DNA of 49,219 bases from an uncultured Fibrobacterota bacterium (GTDB lineage: Bacteria; Fibrobacterota; Chitinivibrionia; Chitinivibrionales; FEN-1185), in contig CAVSQB010000017.1 of the NCBI GenBank assembly GCA_963729895.1, forward strand, positions 1 through 49,219. The letters are read 5' to 3'. Both the position numbers and the translations under genes were made by a program. This document shows, piece after piece, positions 29,566 through 39,048 of this stretch. The notes under the pieces are model-generated. The model saw only the letters and a program-made list of their open reading frames with translations. It did no database searches and was not told the DNA's origin. Numbering within the stretch: the first letter of the stretch is position 1; each line of letters starts with the position of its first letter.

Positions 29566-29856
29566 ATGACAGCGATAAACCTCTTTGAATGCTCCGATTT
29601 CAGGCAATACCTGAAAGACGTGTTCAAAGAACAGAAGAAATTGAACCATTCCTTTTCGCACAGGTTTGCCGCATCAAGGCTCGGGCTTTCTACTTCGAAC
29701 TTCTTGTGGCTCGTCATGCAGGCTAAAAGAAATCTTCACCCTTCACTGTGCTTCAAGCTTTCCGAGCTTTTCAAACACACTCCCAGGGAATCCGATTACT
29801 TTGAAAACATGGTGGCTTTCGGCCAGGCCAAGACGCACAGGGGTGGTTTCTGCTAG
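29566..29856 (+). pseudogene. truncated TIGR02147-family protein (N-terminal HTH only)
   Basis: LFECSDFRQYLKD...FSHRFAASRLG..S..L.LV...KRNL...E.DYFENMVAFGQAKT, then a stop at 96 aa. The family is normally about three times longer. Confidence 0.8.
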
Positions 29857-29998
29857 AAAACGCTTTTTTTAGAAGGGGCTTGCGAAGCGTGGAATTGGCA
29901 GTATATTATGACGGTGTGGGGATACTTCGGCAAGGTCTAATTCCACCAATCGATTGATGGACCTACCGGCAGCATTTCCCGAAAAAGGATAAATTACC

Positions 29999-32122
29999 AT
30001 GAACCGAATGTGCGCAAAACTGGTCTTCCTGTTGTTCGTATCCTTCACGCTCGCTAACGGTTTCGGGTCGCTGAAAGGCCGCAGTCCCGGAACAAATGCG
30101 GGTTTTGTCCCGCTGTGGCTCAAGGCGATCGACGCCACCGTGGTCATCAACGACCAGATCGCGACGACGCACATCGACGAAACGTTCAGCAACACGGATT
30201 CTTACATAAAGGAAGGCATTTTCGATTTCAGCTTGCCTGAAGGCTCCATCGTCACCCAACTCGTTCTATGGATAGGCAGCCAGCGCTGCGTCGCGGTCCC
30301 GATGCAGAAGACCCAGGCCACTGCAGCATATGATAATGCTGTGAGGTTGACAGTGGACCCGGCGCTCCTGAATTATGTCGGCAACAATGAATACCAACTG
30401 AATATTTATCCCCTCGACCCCTCAAGCATCACCGATTCCCTGTCGGGAAGGAGAATCGAACTCACTTATGCAACTCCGTTAAAATCGTCTTTTGACAGTT
30501 CATCATATCTCTTCCCTCTTACGACCGCAAACCTCTCGAGCATGGCACCGGAGAGCACATATATCTCCATATCCGTCGTCTCCCAGGATACGATTTTCAA
30601 CATCCTGGTTCCCAATTTCTCCCAGAATGAAATCGGGATTTACAAGGTCAACCCGAATTCCTACAACCTCGTCTATTACCTCTCAAATGCCTATGCGACC
30701 AAAGATCTCGATCTCAATATCGTAAGAACCTCCCCAGCAAAATACAGACTGACAACGGCCACCTATATCCCCGGTCTTGATACCACATATTCATTCGACT
30801 CAACCGAGACCAATGGCTACTTCGTCACGTGGCTCACTGCCCCGGATCCTCAAAGCTCGAGAAATCGGGAAGTCGTATTCGTCGTCGACGCGTCCTATTC
30901 CATGACGGGAGACAAGTTCAATCAAATCATCGCATCCCTTAAACATGCTTTGGGCCTGCTCTCGCCGACGGATAAATTCAATATTATTTCGTTCAATACC
31001 GGGTTTAGCAGTTTTGAACCTGATTTGGTCGCCGCCACGCCGGGAAACATAAGCGCGGCGATTGTCTTCTTACAGAATGTTCATATTGAAGGGATCACCA
31101 ATCCTTACGGCCCTCTCAAAAAGGCCATGACATCAAGCTGGAGCAGCACAACCAGCAACGCAATTTTTCTCCTGACCGACGGATACATAAACTGGCCGCT
31201 TCGGCTGACCACGGCGCAGATGATCGATACCCTAACCACGGCAGATTCCCTCAAGGTGCCTCTTTATACAGTGGCTTTGGATGAAGATGCCGACGAAAAC
31301 TTTCTTTCAATTCTATCAAGCCAAAACGGCGGTATGCTGGTAACGCTCCCCACTGCGGATACGGCTCAGGGTAATCTTTCCACGACTCTCGAACAGTTGA
31401 TGTATCCTGTTCTGAATAACATAAAATTGAATGTTATTGGAGATACCGACGTTTACCCCGTGACATTACCCTCTCTTCCCGACGGCGGCCAGCTGTCGAT
31501 AATGGGAAGATATTATCGGCCCCCTGCTCAGCCTCAGCCGAAGGCATATCAGGTTGCTCTTTCCGGAATACGAAACGATACGGCTATGGCGGAAACTCTC
31601 GCAGTGAATTTGCCGGTGTCTAAGACAAATTATCACTCGATTCCGCAGCTCTGGGCTTCCATGAAAGTAGATTATTATCTCAACCAAATAGAGCTGCAAG
31701 GGTCGATGCCTTCACTCATAAGCCAGGTAACGGCTCTCGGACTCAAATATGGAATTGTTACTCCTTACACTTCTCTCTTGGTCTTGGCGCCTCAGAGTTC
31801 AAAGACTCTCCCTTTTATCAATAAACTCGACAAAAACGAGATCAACACACTTCAGCTCTCGGTCAAACGCGTTTCAAATATAGTGCAGATCCGGTACGGT
31901 ATTCCGAGTGCGGGAGGAATAAAGAACGTTTCACTGAAGATCTATAACCTGCAGGGTAGATTGGTACGTATTCTGACGACTCATCTCTCGACCGGCGGTT
32001 GGTATATCATAAATTGGGACAGGAAAGACGAACATGGCGGATCAGTCGGCATGGGGACCTATATCTTTGTTCTTGAAGCCGGTACGCAAAGAATCGCCAC
32101 TTCACTTCATTTAGTAAGGTGA
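29999..32122 (+). CDS. secreted VIT + von Willebrand factor A domain protein with FlgD/CTD-like tail
   Basis: VIT (IATTHIDETFSN..EGIFDFSLP), MIDAS DASYSM, LLTDG, LWA...LGLKYGIVTPYTSLLV. Tail IYNLQGRLVRIL...WDRKDEHG..VGMGTY. Confidence 0.9.
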   Translation: MNRMCAKLVFLLFVSFTLANGFGSLKGRSPGTNAGFVPLWLKAIDATVVINDQIATTHIDETFSNTDSYIKEGIFDFSLPEGSIVTQLVLWIGSQRCVAVPMQKTQATAAYDNAVRLTVDPALLNYVGNNEYQLNIYPLDPSSITDSLSGRRIELTYATPLKSSFDSSSYLFPLTTANLSSMAPESTYISISVVSQDTIFNILVPNFSQNEIGIYKVNPNSYNLVYYLSNAYATKDLDLNIVRTSPAKYRLTTATYIPGLDTTYSFDSTETNGYFVTWLTAPDPQSSRNREVVFVVDASYSMTGDKFNQIIASLKHALGLLSPTDKFNIISFNTGFSSFEPDLVAATPGNISAAIVFLQNVHIEGITNPYGPLKKAMTSSWSSTTSNAIFLLTDGYINWPLRLTTAQMIDTLTTADSLKVPLYTVALDEDADENFLSILSSQNGGMLVTLPTADTAQGNLSTTLEQLMYPVLNNIKLNVIGDTDVYPVTLPSLPDGGQLSIMGRYYRPPAQPQPKAYQVALSGIRNDTAMAETLAVNLPVSKTNYHSIPQLWASMKVDYYLNQIELQGSMPSLISQVTALGLKYGIVTPYTSLLVLAPQSSKTLPFINKLDKNEINTLQLSVKRVSNIVQIRYGIPSAGGIKNVSLKIYNLQGRLVRILTTHLSTGGWYIINWDRKDEHGGSVGMGTYIFVLEAGTQRIATSLHLVR

Positions 32123-32126
32123 CTTT

Positions 32127-33263
32127 ATGAAAGCGATGAAGCCGACACTTCTGATTGTTTTGTTGTGCATGGGAGCGAGCGGGGCTAATATTCCTAAGAC
32201 GGGTCTTCTCTTCTATTATCAATTCAACAATTCGACCGTCACTGGAGTAACGGCAAGAGATCAATCGGGCAACGGCCTTAACCTCACCTCCTCAGCCCCG
32301 ATACAACTGGGGGACTCGAATAGCTGTCTCTCGATGAACGGAACCTATTATCTATCCATAGGGCTACCTGATTCCACGATTCATGCCATGACGGACAGCG
32401 ATTTCACTTTCGGCTTCACGTTCAATACCACCACATCTTCAGGGTCCATGTCGGACAGGATGGATATGGCAGGCACGGGAGACCCGTACAATACCGGGGT
32501 CTTCCTTTCCTTTACAAACGACAGGGTCAGGATTTTTCTCGGTAACCACGGATATTACGACACCCCTGATTCGCTTGATGATGGAAAATGGCACAGTGCA
32601 ATAGCCGTCAGATATCAAGGCGTGGTGAATCTTTACATTGACGGGATCTCCGTCGATAACGGGGCCGTCCTGGGAAGTCTTTATCCCGGCACGGATACTT
32701 TCACCGTCGGAAAGCACGGTATCAAAAATGAGTCCTATTTTATCGGATTGCTCAATAATGTTTTCTATTATACGGTCGGTTTTTCGGCTGGGGATGTGGC
32801 AAATCTTTATAAGGATTTCACTTCGGCACCAATCGTTTTCATCCCCCCCTTCGATACGTTCCTAGTAGCGCAACCGAAGTTCGCGTGGCATAGTCTAACG
32901 AATGCCATTGCGTATGCTTTCGAGGTATCTCGCGATTCCCTTTTTACTAACCCTTTTGTTTCGGTTCCGTTGGACGATACGACCCTCACGGTGCCGACGG
33001 CATTGTCAGCAGGTAGGTATTTCATGCACGTTGGCTATAATTCCGACGACAGGTCGCCATTTTTTTTCTCGGATAGTTACCCTATCGTCATAATGCAGGC
33101 GAACCCTCCCGCTCTCTTGAAATCGAGAATAATAATTTCTATGTTGTTTTTATTTTTTCTTTTTGTCAGTTGCGCACGGGTGCCCCGTGTGCGCCTTGCA
33201 AACCCAACCCCCCATCAGCCGGGGTGGCTTGGATCTGCGATCCAGGTTCCTCAGCTTTTTTGA
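32127..33263 (+). CDS. LamG-like jellyroll domain secreted protein, C-terminus probably truncated
   Basis: GLLFYYQFN, DQSGNG, DDGKWH...LYIDG, F.GLLNNV. The last ~50 codons run into T-rich and REP-like sequence. Confidence 0.78.
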   Translation: MKAMKPTLLIVLLCMGASGANIPKTGLLFYYQFNNSTVTGVTARDQSGNGLNLTSSAPIQLGDSNSCLSMNGTYYLSIGLPDSTIHAMTDSDFTFGFTFNTTTSSGSMSDRMDMAGTGDPYNTGVFLSFTNDRVRIFLGNHGYYDTPDSLDDGKWHSAIAVRYQGVVNLYIDGISVDNGAVLGSLYPGTDTFTVGKHGIKNESYFIGLLNNVFYYTVGFSAGDVANLYKDFTSAPIVFIPPFDTFLVAQPKFAWHSLTNAIAYAFEVSRDSLFTNPFVSVPLDDTTLTVPTALSAGRYFMHVGYNSDDRSPFFFSDSYPIVIMQANPPALLKSRIIISMLFLFFLFVSCARVPRVRLANPTPHQPGWLGSAIQVPQLF

Positions 33264-33330
33264 ACGACCTTCACCACCATGGCGCCTGCCGCGCTACTCA
33301 TTTTTGTCAACACACAAAACCCAACCCCCC

Positions 33331-34080
33331 TCACCACTCCTCCAGCGCCACCCTCTTCCACACGTGCTCAGCCCCCGCCTTTGTCTTGACGTACAAATAA
33401 TTTTCGTCCCAGGCGACCTGCCCCTTTTCCCCCATGCTGTCGCTTGAACTCGCGGGCGCCTTCGGGTTGTCGACAATAAGCGAATTATTGTCCCCCGCAA
33501 TCCGCACATTGCCCCTCACGTCGAGCCTGGCCGTCGGGTCCAGCGTTCCGATGCCGACGTTTTCGCTAATGTGGACCTTGCCGAGAAAATATCCTGCCCA
33601 GAACTCGCCGTGGTTCTGCTCGCGGTCTGCATGGAAAAAGCCGGCAATGTGTACGCCCGATTGGGGGTCGGTGGAGCCGAACGTGGTTGCCTTTATCGCG
33701 TAGGTGGCCCTTCCGTTCTGCGCCCAGAATTCTCCACCCACCCGCTCGCCGGTCCCGCCCCGCGCCTCGGCCCGAGCGATGATGCCGGTGGACCCGCCGC
33801 GGAACAATCCGCCGGTCCCGAAATCCGGCCGCGGGGCGCTTTCGCCCTGTACCGCAACCTTGTGAACTGCGTCGCCTCCCTTGTACGAGACGCTTGCCAC
33901 CGGAAACCGCGTGTTCGACGACGACTGCACGTCGAGCGAAGACTGGGGCGCGGCGGTGCCGACGCCTACCCCGCCTTCGCTTGCGTAGAGTGCGCCGTTG
34001 CCGGCGTTGAGCCGCAGCGGGGCAAGCTCGCCGCCGCCCTGACCGGGATCGCCCGCATGTGTGTGATTGTCAACTGTCAT
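33331..34080 (-). CDS. tail-fibre-like protein with VG(I/V)GT repeats
   Basis: GVGVGTAAPQSSLDV, NVGIGTLDPTARLDVRG. C-terminal P.SSS...G..GQVAWDENYLYV...WKRVAL..W. Confidence 0.7.
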   Translation of the reverse strand: MTVDNHTHAGDPGQGGGELAPLRLNAGNGALYASEGGVGVGTAAPQSSLDVQSSSNTRFPVASVSYKGGDAVHKVAVQGESAPRPDFGTGGLFRGGSTGIIARAEARGGTGERVGGEFWAQNGRATYAIKATTFGSTDPQSGVHIAGFFHADREQNHGEFWAGYFLGKVHISENVGIGTLDPTARLDVRGNVRIAGDNNSLIVDNPKAPASSSDSMGEKGQVAWDENYLYVKTKAGAEHVWKRVALEEW

Positions 34081-34227
34081 AAAGGCCCTCCCGTGTGGTT
34101 CGCTGTGTAGTTTCGCGCGTGGCAGCGCGCCCGTCCGCGCATCTTTTTGCACCTTCGTTTCGCCCTATACATATAATATATTTATTCATTGTTCGATCTG
34201 CCACATTGTCTATCAAGCGGATACCGA

Positions 34228-35364
34228 ATGCTTATAGAGCTCCTGTACCAGAAGACCCACTTGTATCTCCTCAACAGCAGGCTCTTCAGCACCAGCGTCG
34301 CGACCGTTTTTTCCTTTTTGTCGGCCATGGTCCTTTTCCCGCCGTACATTTCCTTTCTCAAGAAGCTCAATGTCAACACCGAATTCGACTCCGTGAAGGG
34401 CAAGACCGACCCCGTGATGCCGGCGGGCATCCTGTTTCTTGTCATCATCCTGGCAACAAGCCTGATCACGGCGCGATTCAATTCGTATGTCGTCTCGTCG
34501 CTGGCGATCTATGTGTTCTTCAGCGTGATCGGCGCTGTTGACGATATCGCAAAGGTGGCCAACAAGTCCCGTGTGGCAAAGGGCCAGATCACCAAGCAGG
34601 ACTACCAGTACAAGGCGGACGGCATTTCCGCAAATCTCCGGCTGTTCCTGTATATCCTCATTTCCTGTCTGGTGGCGATAGCGGCCTACAAATACATTCC
34701 CAACATAAACGGGTACATCAACATTCCGTTCCTGAGCATCTCCAGGGATTTTCCCTACATGCCGTTCTGGCTTTTTATCCCGTTTATGACGCTCGTGATC
34801 GCCGTGATGGCCAACGGCGTCAATTTTACCGACGGGTTCGACACCCTGGCGGCGGTCCCGCTCATTTCGTGCTTCCTTTTCGTCGGCGTTATTGCCTATG
34901 TGTCAAGTCATGCCGTGTGGAGCAAATACCTGCTTATCCCCTATATCAACGGCGTCGACGAAATTCTGCCCCTCATCGGCGCCATGGTGGGCACGCTGCT
35001 GGCGTTTTTGTGGTTCAACTCGCCGCCGTCGTCCATCATCATGGGCGATTCCGGGGCGGTGGGGCTCGGCGGCACCATCGGCGTGATGTTCATTTTTATC
35101 AAGGCCGCGTTTTTCCTCCCCCTGGTGGGGTTTATTTTCCTTTTCGAATTCCTGTCGGTGGTGCTCCAGATCGTCTCGTTCCGGTCAACGGGAAAGCGGA
35201 TTTTCCTGCGCGCGCCCATCCATCATCATTTCCAATTCCGGATGCGCACAAACCCGTTTTACGCCAACGAGTTTTACATTCGCTCGAAAATCACCTGGCG
35301 GTTCCATATTATTTCCGTGATTCTCCTTGTTGTGGGGCTCATAATTTTCCTTAAGGTGCGATGA
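34228..35364 (+). CDS. mraY: phospho-N-acetylmuramoyl-pentapeptide transferase (MraY-like), stand-alone
   Basis: GAVDD, NGVNFTDGFD, LWFNSPP..I.MGDSG, KRIFLRAPIHHHF; about ten TM helices. Confidence 0.85.
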   Translation: MLIELLYQKTHLYLLNSRLFSTSVATVFSFLSAMVLFPPYISFLKKLNVNTEFDSVKGKTDPVMPAGILFLVIILATSLITARFNSYVVSSLAIYVFFSVIGAVDDIAKVANKSRVAKGQITKQDYQYKADGISANLRLFLYILISCLVAIAAYKYIPNINGYINIPFLSISRDFPYMPFWLFIPFMTLVIAVMANGVNFTDGFDTLAAVPLISCFLFVGVIAYVSSHAVWSKYLLIPYINGVDEILPLIGAMVGTLLAFLWFNSPPSSIIMGDSGAVGLGGTIGVMFIFIKAAFFLPLVGFIFLFEFLSVVLQIVSFRSTGKRIFLRAPIHHHFQFRMRTNPFYANEFYIRSKITWRFHIISVILLVVGLIIFLKVR

Positions 35365-35536
35365 TTCGAAGAGAGAAATGCGGTGCGTAATTGATGCAAC
35401 AAATGAGTCTTTCTCTTCCCGCCATCAGCGCCGCCCCTGAGGACGGCGGATTGGCCGCTCGTGTTGTTCGAGCCCGGCAGGTTTAGTTTGATCGTTATAG
35501 AATACAAGGGTACCGTTGCAGGCCAATTAACGGATG

Positions 35537-35700
35537 AACTTGCCGGGTGAGTTCACGAGCGGTCCGACGGCCGAGGGGTCAGGTGGCGCTGCAGGCGCGG
35601 CAAGGGGTTCCAAGGGGCGCTTGCTGTAGAGCGCCCCTTGGTCAGGGTTTGGGAGTGATGCTCCCGACTCCGTCAATGCAAAAGCCAATTGCCTTTTGCT
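35537..35700. repeat. cluster of GC-rich hairpins (REP/ssi-like)
   Basis: CCAAGGGGCGCT/AGCGCCCCTTGG (35610-35641), GGGAG/CTCCC (35651-35665), TGAACT/AGTTCA, GCAAAAG/CTTTTGC. Confidence 0.5.
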
Positions 35701-35782
35701 TGCAGTAACGGGACGCGCTTGACAGAAGAGCTTATCGGGCAAGTACACAAACGGCCTGACGGCCGGGGAAACAAACATCGCT

Positions 35783-36502
35783 ATGGTAACCGACCTTCAT
35801 TCCGCCTACTCTTCGCCCGCGGGCCGCGAATGCACGCTAGCCGCCGGCCGCTTTGCACTTCTTACGCCGGCCAGCCGCGTGCTCGACCTCGGATGCGGGT
35901 ACGGCGCCGGATCATGCAACCTGGCCCTGGAATTCCGTTGCAGGGTAACGGCAATCGACCTGAGCGGGGAAAATATCGAATTCGCGAGGTCTCTTGCCGT
36001 GGAAAGATCGGTAAGCCATCTCATCACCTTCACACGAGGCAGCATTCTGGAAGCGGATTTTTCCGCCGAACCGTTCGATCTCGTGCTTGCCGAAGGCGGC
36101 GTCCTGTCGTTCGTGTCAAGAGACAAAGGCCTCTTTCTTGCAAACCAATGGCTTTCGCCGCGCGGGTGGTTCGCGTTTTCGGACCTCGTTGTCCTCACCG
36201 ACAAGGTGCCCGACGAGGTGAAACGCACGTTCGAGGACGAAAAGTACCACTACGAGTCCGAGGCGTCGTACCGCGCAATGGTCGCCGCGGCAGGGTTCGA
36301 CATCCAGTTCCTGTGCCTTGTGCCCCAAAGCGGCTGGGACAACTACTACGCGCACCTGGCCCGCAGGCTCGAAGACGACAAGGGGTTTTTCGCGGACAAG
36401 CGCATCAAGCTCGCTTTCCACAGGGAAATAGACGTTTTTTACAGGCTGGAAAGTTTCCGTTATGTCGGGTACCTGTTCTGCATTGCCAGGAAGGTGCGAT
36501 AG
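35783..36502 (+). CDS. class I SAM-dependent methyltransferase
   Basis: RVLDLGCGYG, VTAIDLS, FDLVLAEG, L.PRG.FAFSD. Confidence 0.92.
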   Translation: MVTDLHSAYSSPAGRECTLAAGRFALLTPASRVLDLGCGYGAGSCNLALEFRCRVTAIDLSGENIEFARSLAVERSVSHLITFTRGSILEADFSAEPFDLVLAEGGVLSFVSRDKGLFLANQWLSPRGWFAFSDLVVLTDKVPDEVKRTFEDEKYHYESEASYRAMVAAAGFDIQFLCLVPQSGWDNYYAHLARRLEDDKGFFADKRIKLAFHREIDVFYRLESFRYVGYLFCIARKVR

Positions 36503-36701
36503 CGGAAGTGCCATTTGTCTCTTGCCTAAGGCCACGCCCGATACTACAATAGTGTGATGGCAATCACAGACAACGGCCTGACGGCATCGTATATTTTTTT
36601 CGAGGCCCGTGCCGCCGGGGCCCTGGCCCGGCGGCCGATATCCCTTTGAAAAGAAATTCAGACGATACTCACATCACCCACAATTCCTGCAAGGAGGAAG
36701 T

Positions 36702-37553
36702 ATGAACAGAGTCTTCACCGCAGTATGCGCGGGCCTTTTCTCCGCATCCCTGGCCGCAGCGCAGATGCAGCCGGTCCTCGACACCGTTGTCACCGACAAA
36801 CAGGGCAGCGGATCGATCGACTGGACAAACCGTATTATCTACTCCAAAGGCATCGGCGCGCCCAGTCCGGACCAGCCGGAAGCTGCCCAGCGCGCAGGCG
36901 CGATCCGCGCGGCGCAACTGATCGCCCTTCGCAACGCCCTTGAGACTCTCAAGGGAATCTTCCTCAATTCGAGCACCACGGTCGAGAACTTCATGGTAAA
37001 AAGCGATGTGATCACCAGCAGGGTGAGCGGGTTTGTGCGCGGCTTTGAGCAGAAGGGCAAGGAGAAATACATGAGCGACGGTTCGGTCGAGCTGGTCATG
37101 ACCGTGCCCCTCGACGGCGTGGGCGGCATCGAAGACATGCTGCTCGGCGGCACGGGAGTCGGCGACAAACCGTCCATCACCGCGTTCGAAGGAACAAAAG
37201 CGAAAAAAGCCGACGTCTTTACCGGGCTCATCATCGACTGCCACGGCCTGAGCGTAAAACCTGCGCTTGCTCCCAAGATACTTGACGAATCGGGCAAAGA
37301 AGTGTACGGCAGCGCCTATGTGTCGCGCGAGTGGGCCATCAAGTACGGCATCGTGGGCTACGCAAAGGACGTCAAGGCCGCGGCAAAACTCGACCGCGTG
37401 GGCAAGACGCCGGGCCAGATCAAGGCGCTCAAGGCGCAGGGCGACAACGCCACCGACATCGTTATTTCCGACACCGACGCGGCCGATGTGCGCAGCGCGG
37501 CGCAGAACCTCAAGTTCCTGTCGGAATGCCGTGTCATTCTGGTCGTTGACTGA
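36702..37553 (+). CDS. secreted LPP20-like domain protein
   Basis: RBS AAGGAGG and signal peptide. IDWT...KGIG, A.RAA...A.RNALE, TGLIIDC.GL...PAL.PKI.DE.GKEVY. Confidence 0.8.
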   Translation: MNRVFTAVCAGLFSASLAAAQMQPVLDTVVTDKQGSGSIDWTNRIIYSKGIGAPSPDQPEAAQRAGAIRAAQLIALRNALETLKGIFLNSSTTVENFMVKSDVITSRVSGFVRGFEQKGKEKYMSDGSVELVMTVPLDGVGGIEDMLLGGTGVGDKPSITAFEGTKAKKADVFTGLIIDCHGLSVKPALAPKILDESGKEVYGSAYVSREWAIKYGIVGYAKDVKAAAKLDRVGKTPGQIKALKAQGDNATDIVISDTDAADVRSAAQNLKFLSECRVILVVD

Positions 37554-37610
37554 GAGGAAGCCTCACCCCTTGAAAAAACGCACAACCCATCACCCGAGGA
37601 AGGATAGATT

Positions 37611-38777
37611 ATGAAAAGTAAATCACTGGTTGCGGTAACACAATTGGTTGCGGTCGCCATTATGCTGTCGCTGGCCGTCGGCTGCGCCCCAAAGGCGCGA
37701 AAGGCCGGCGGGTACATGGACACGCCGCAGTCCCATTGCAAAGAGGGAATGAAGTACTACAACGACGGGAAATTCGACAAGGCCCTGGAGGAGTTCAACC
37801 TTGCCGCGTCGCTCGACGCGAAATTCGCGCCCGCCTACGCGGGCCGCGCGCTTGTCACCGCGCACAAGGGAGATTTCAAGGAAGCGATCTCGCTCGCCGA
37901 AAAGTGCCAGTCCCTCGATAACAAGATCGTGGACGGCTTTGTCGCCAAGGCCATCGTGATCACCATGCAGAACGAAGGCAAACCGGCAAAAGAGTGGCTC
38001 AAAGACGTCGAGAACCAGTACGAAAAGGCCCTCAAGATAGACCCGCAGAATTCCGAGGTGTATTACCGCCGCGGCGTATGCTACAAGAAGGCCTACCAAT
38101 TCGGCAAGGCTGCCGACGATTTCAAGAAAGTCCTCGAACTCAAGAAAGACTGGACAAAAGAAGCGGACGACGAATGGCAGCTTGTACAGATGATAGAGCG
38201 CGCGGCGCCCGGCACCGATGTGGGGAAACGCATCGCGCTGGTTGACAAAATTTCCCGCGCCGACATCGCGGCCCTCTTTGTGAACGAGCTCCAGATAGAC
38301 AAGCTGGTGGAAAAGAAGCGTCCAAAGAACTACGACAACTCCTACAAGGCGCCCACCGACGCCCGCGAGATGAAAGTGGACAGCACCGTGTCGATGGCCG
38401 ACGTCACGGACATCGGCAACCACTGGGCCAAGAACTTCATCACCGACATCGTCGATCTCAAGATCCGCGGGCTGGAGCCGTATCCCGACCACACCTTCCA
38501 TCCGGACCAGCTCGTCAACCGCGGCGAATATGCCATGGTCGTCGAAGAGGCGATCATCGCCATCCTGCACGACCCGTCGCTCGCCACAAAGTACATCGGG
38601 GGCCAAAGCAGGTTCCCCGACGTCAACCCGTCGCACCCGGCCTACAACGCCATCTGCAATGCCGTTGACAAAGGCGTCATGAGCGCGGAAATGAACGGGG
38701 AGTTCGGGCTCCAGAAGAGCGTAAGCGGGCCGGAAGCGCTGCTGGTGATACGCAAGCTCAAGGAGCTAGAAAAGTAA
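37611..38777 (+). CDS. TPR-repeat lipoprotein with C-terminal SLH-like domains
   Basis: Lipobox AVGC and TPR helices. DIGNHWAK..I...GLEPYPDHTFHPDQLVNRGE and FPDV...HPAYNAI...V.KGVM. Confidence 0.85.
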   Translation: MKSKSLVAVTQLVAVAIMLSLAVGCAPKARKAGGYMDTPQSHCKEGMKYYNDGKFDKALEEFNLAASLDAKFAPAYAGRALVTAHKGDFKEAISLAEKCQSLDNKIVDGFVAKAIVITMQNEGKPAKEWLKDVENQYEKALKIDPQNSEVYYRRGVCYKKAYQFGKAADDFKKVLELKKDWTKEADDEWQLVQMIERAAPGTDVGKRIALVDKISRADIAALFVNELQIDKLVEKKRPKNYDNSYKAPTDAREMKVDSTVSMADVTDIGNHWAKNFITDIVDLKIRGLEPYPDHTFHPDQLVNRGEYAMVVEEAIIAILHDPSLATKYIGGQSRFPDVNPSHPAYNAICNAVDKGVMSAEMNGEFGLQKSVSGPEALLVIRKLKELEK

Positions 38778-38814
38778 GTTTTTTGCACGATCGCTGAGCG
38801 CAAAAGAAAACAGC

Positions 38815-38956
38815 GGGTCGTTCCCCTCGCTGCGCTCGGGTCGGCCCTCCTTCCGGGCTCGGCTGGTCAGCCTCGGTGCCGCACTGCCCCTATGCCCTTC
38901 GGGCCGGGGTCAGGCGGCACTGCTCTCTAGAGCACCACTCCAGTCCTGCCTAACGC
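38815..38956 (-). repeat. structured multi-hairpin element, copy A (Flavo-1-reminiscent; ncRNA or ssDNA element)
   Basis: Diverged homologue of 39323-39540 and 46541-46758 with the same hairpin positions. Confidence 0.7.
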
Positions 38957-39048
38957 AAAAAGCAAGAAATCAAGACTTGTCTTGATTTTCCCCCTCAGTG
39001 GCGCAGGTGCGGCCGGAAGATCAGGGGCACTGTATTTGGTCTTGGATT

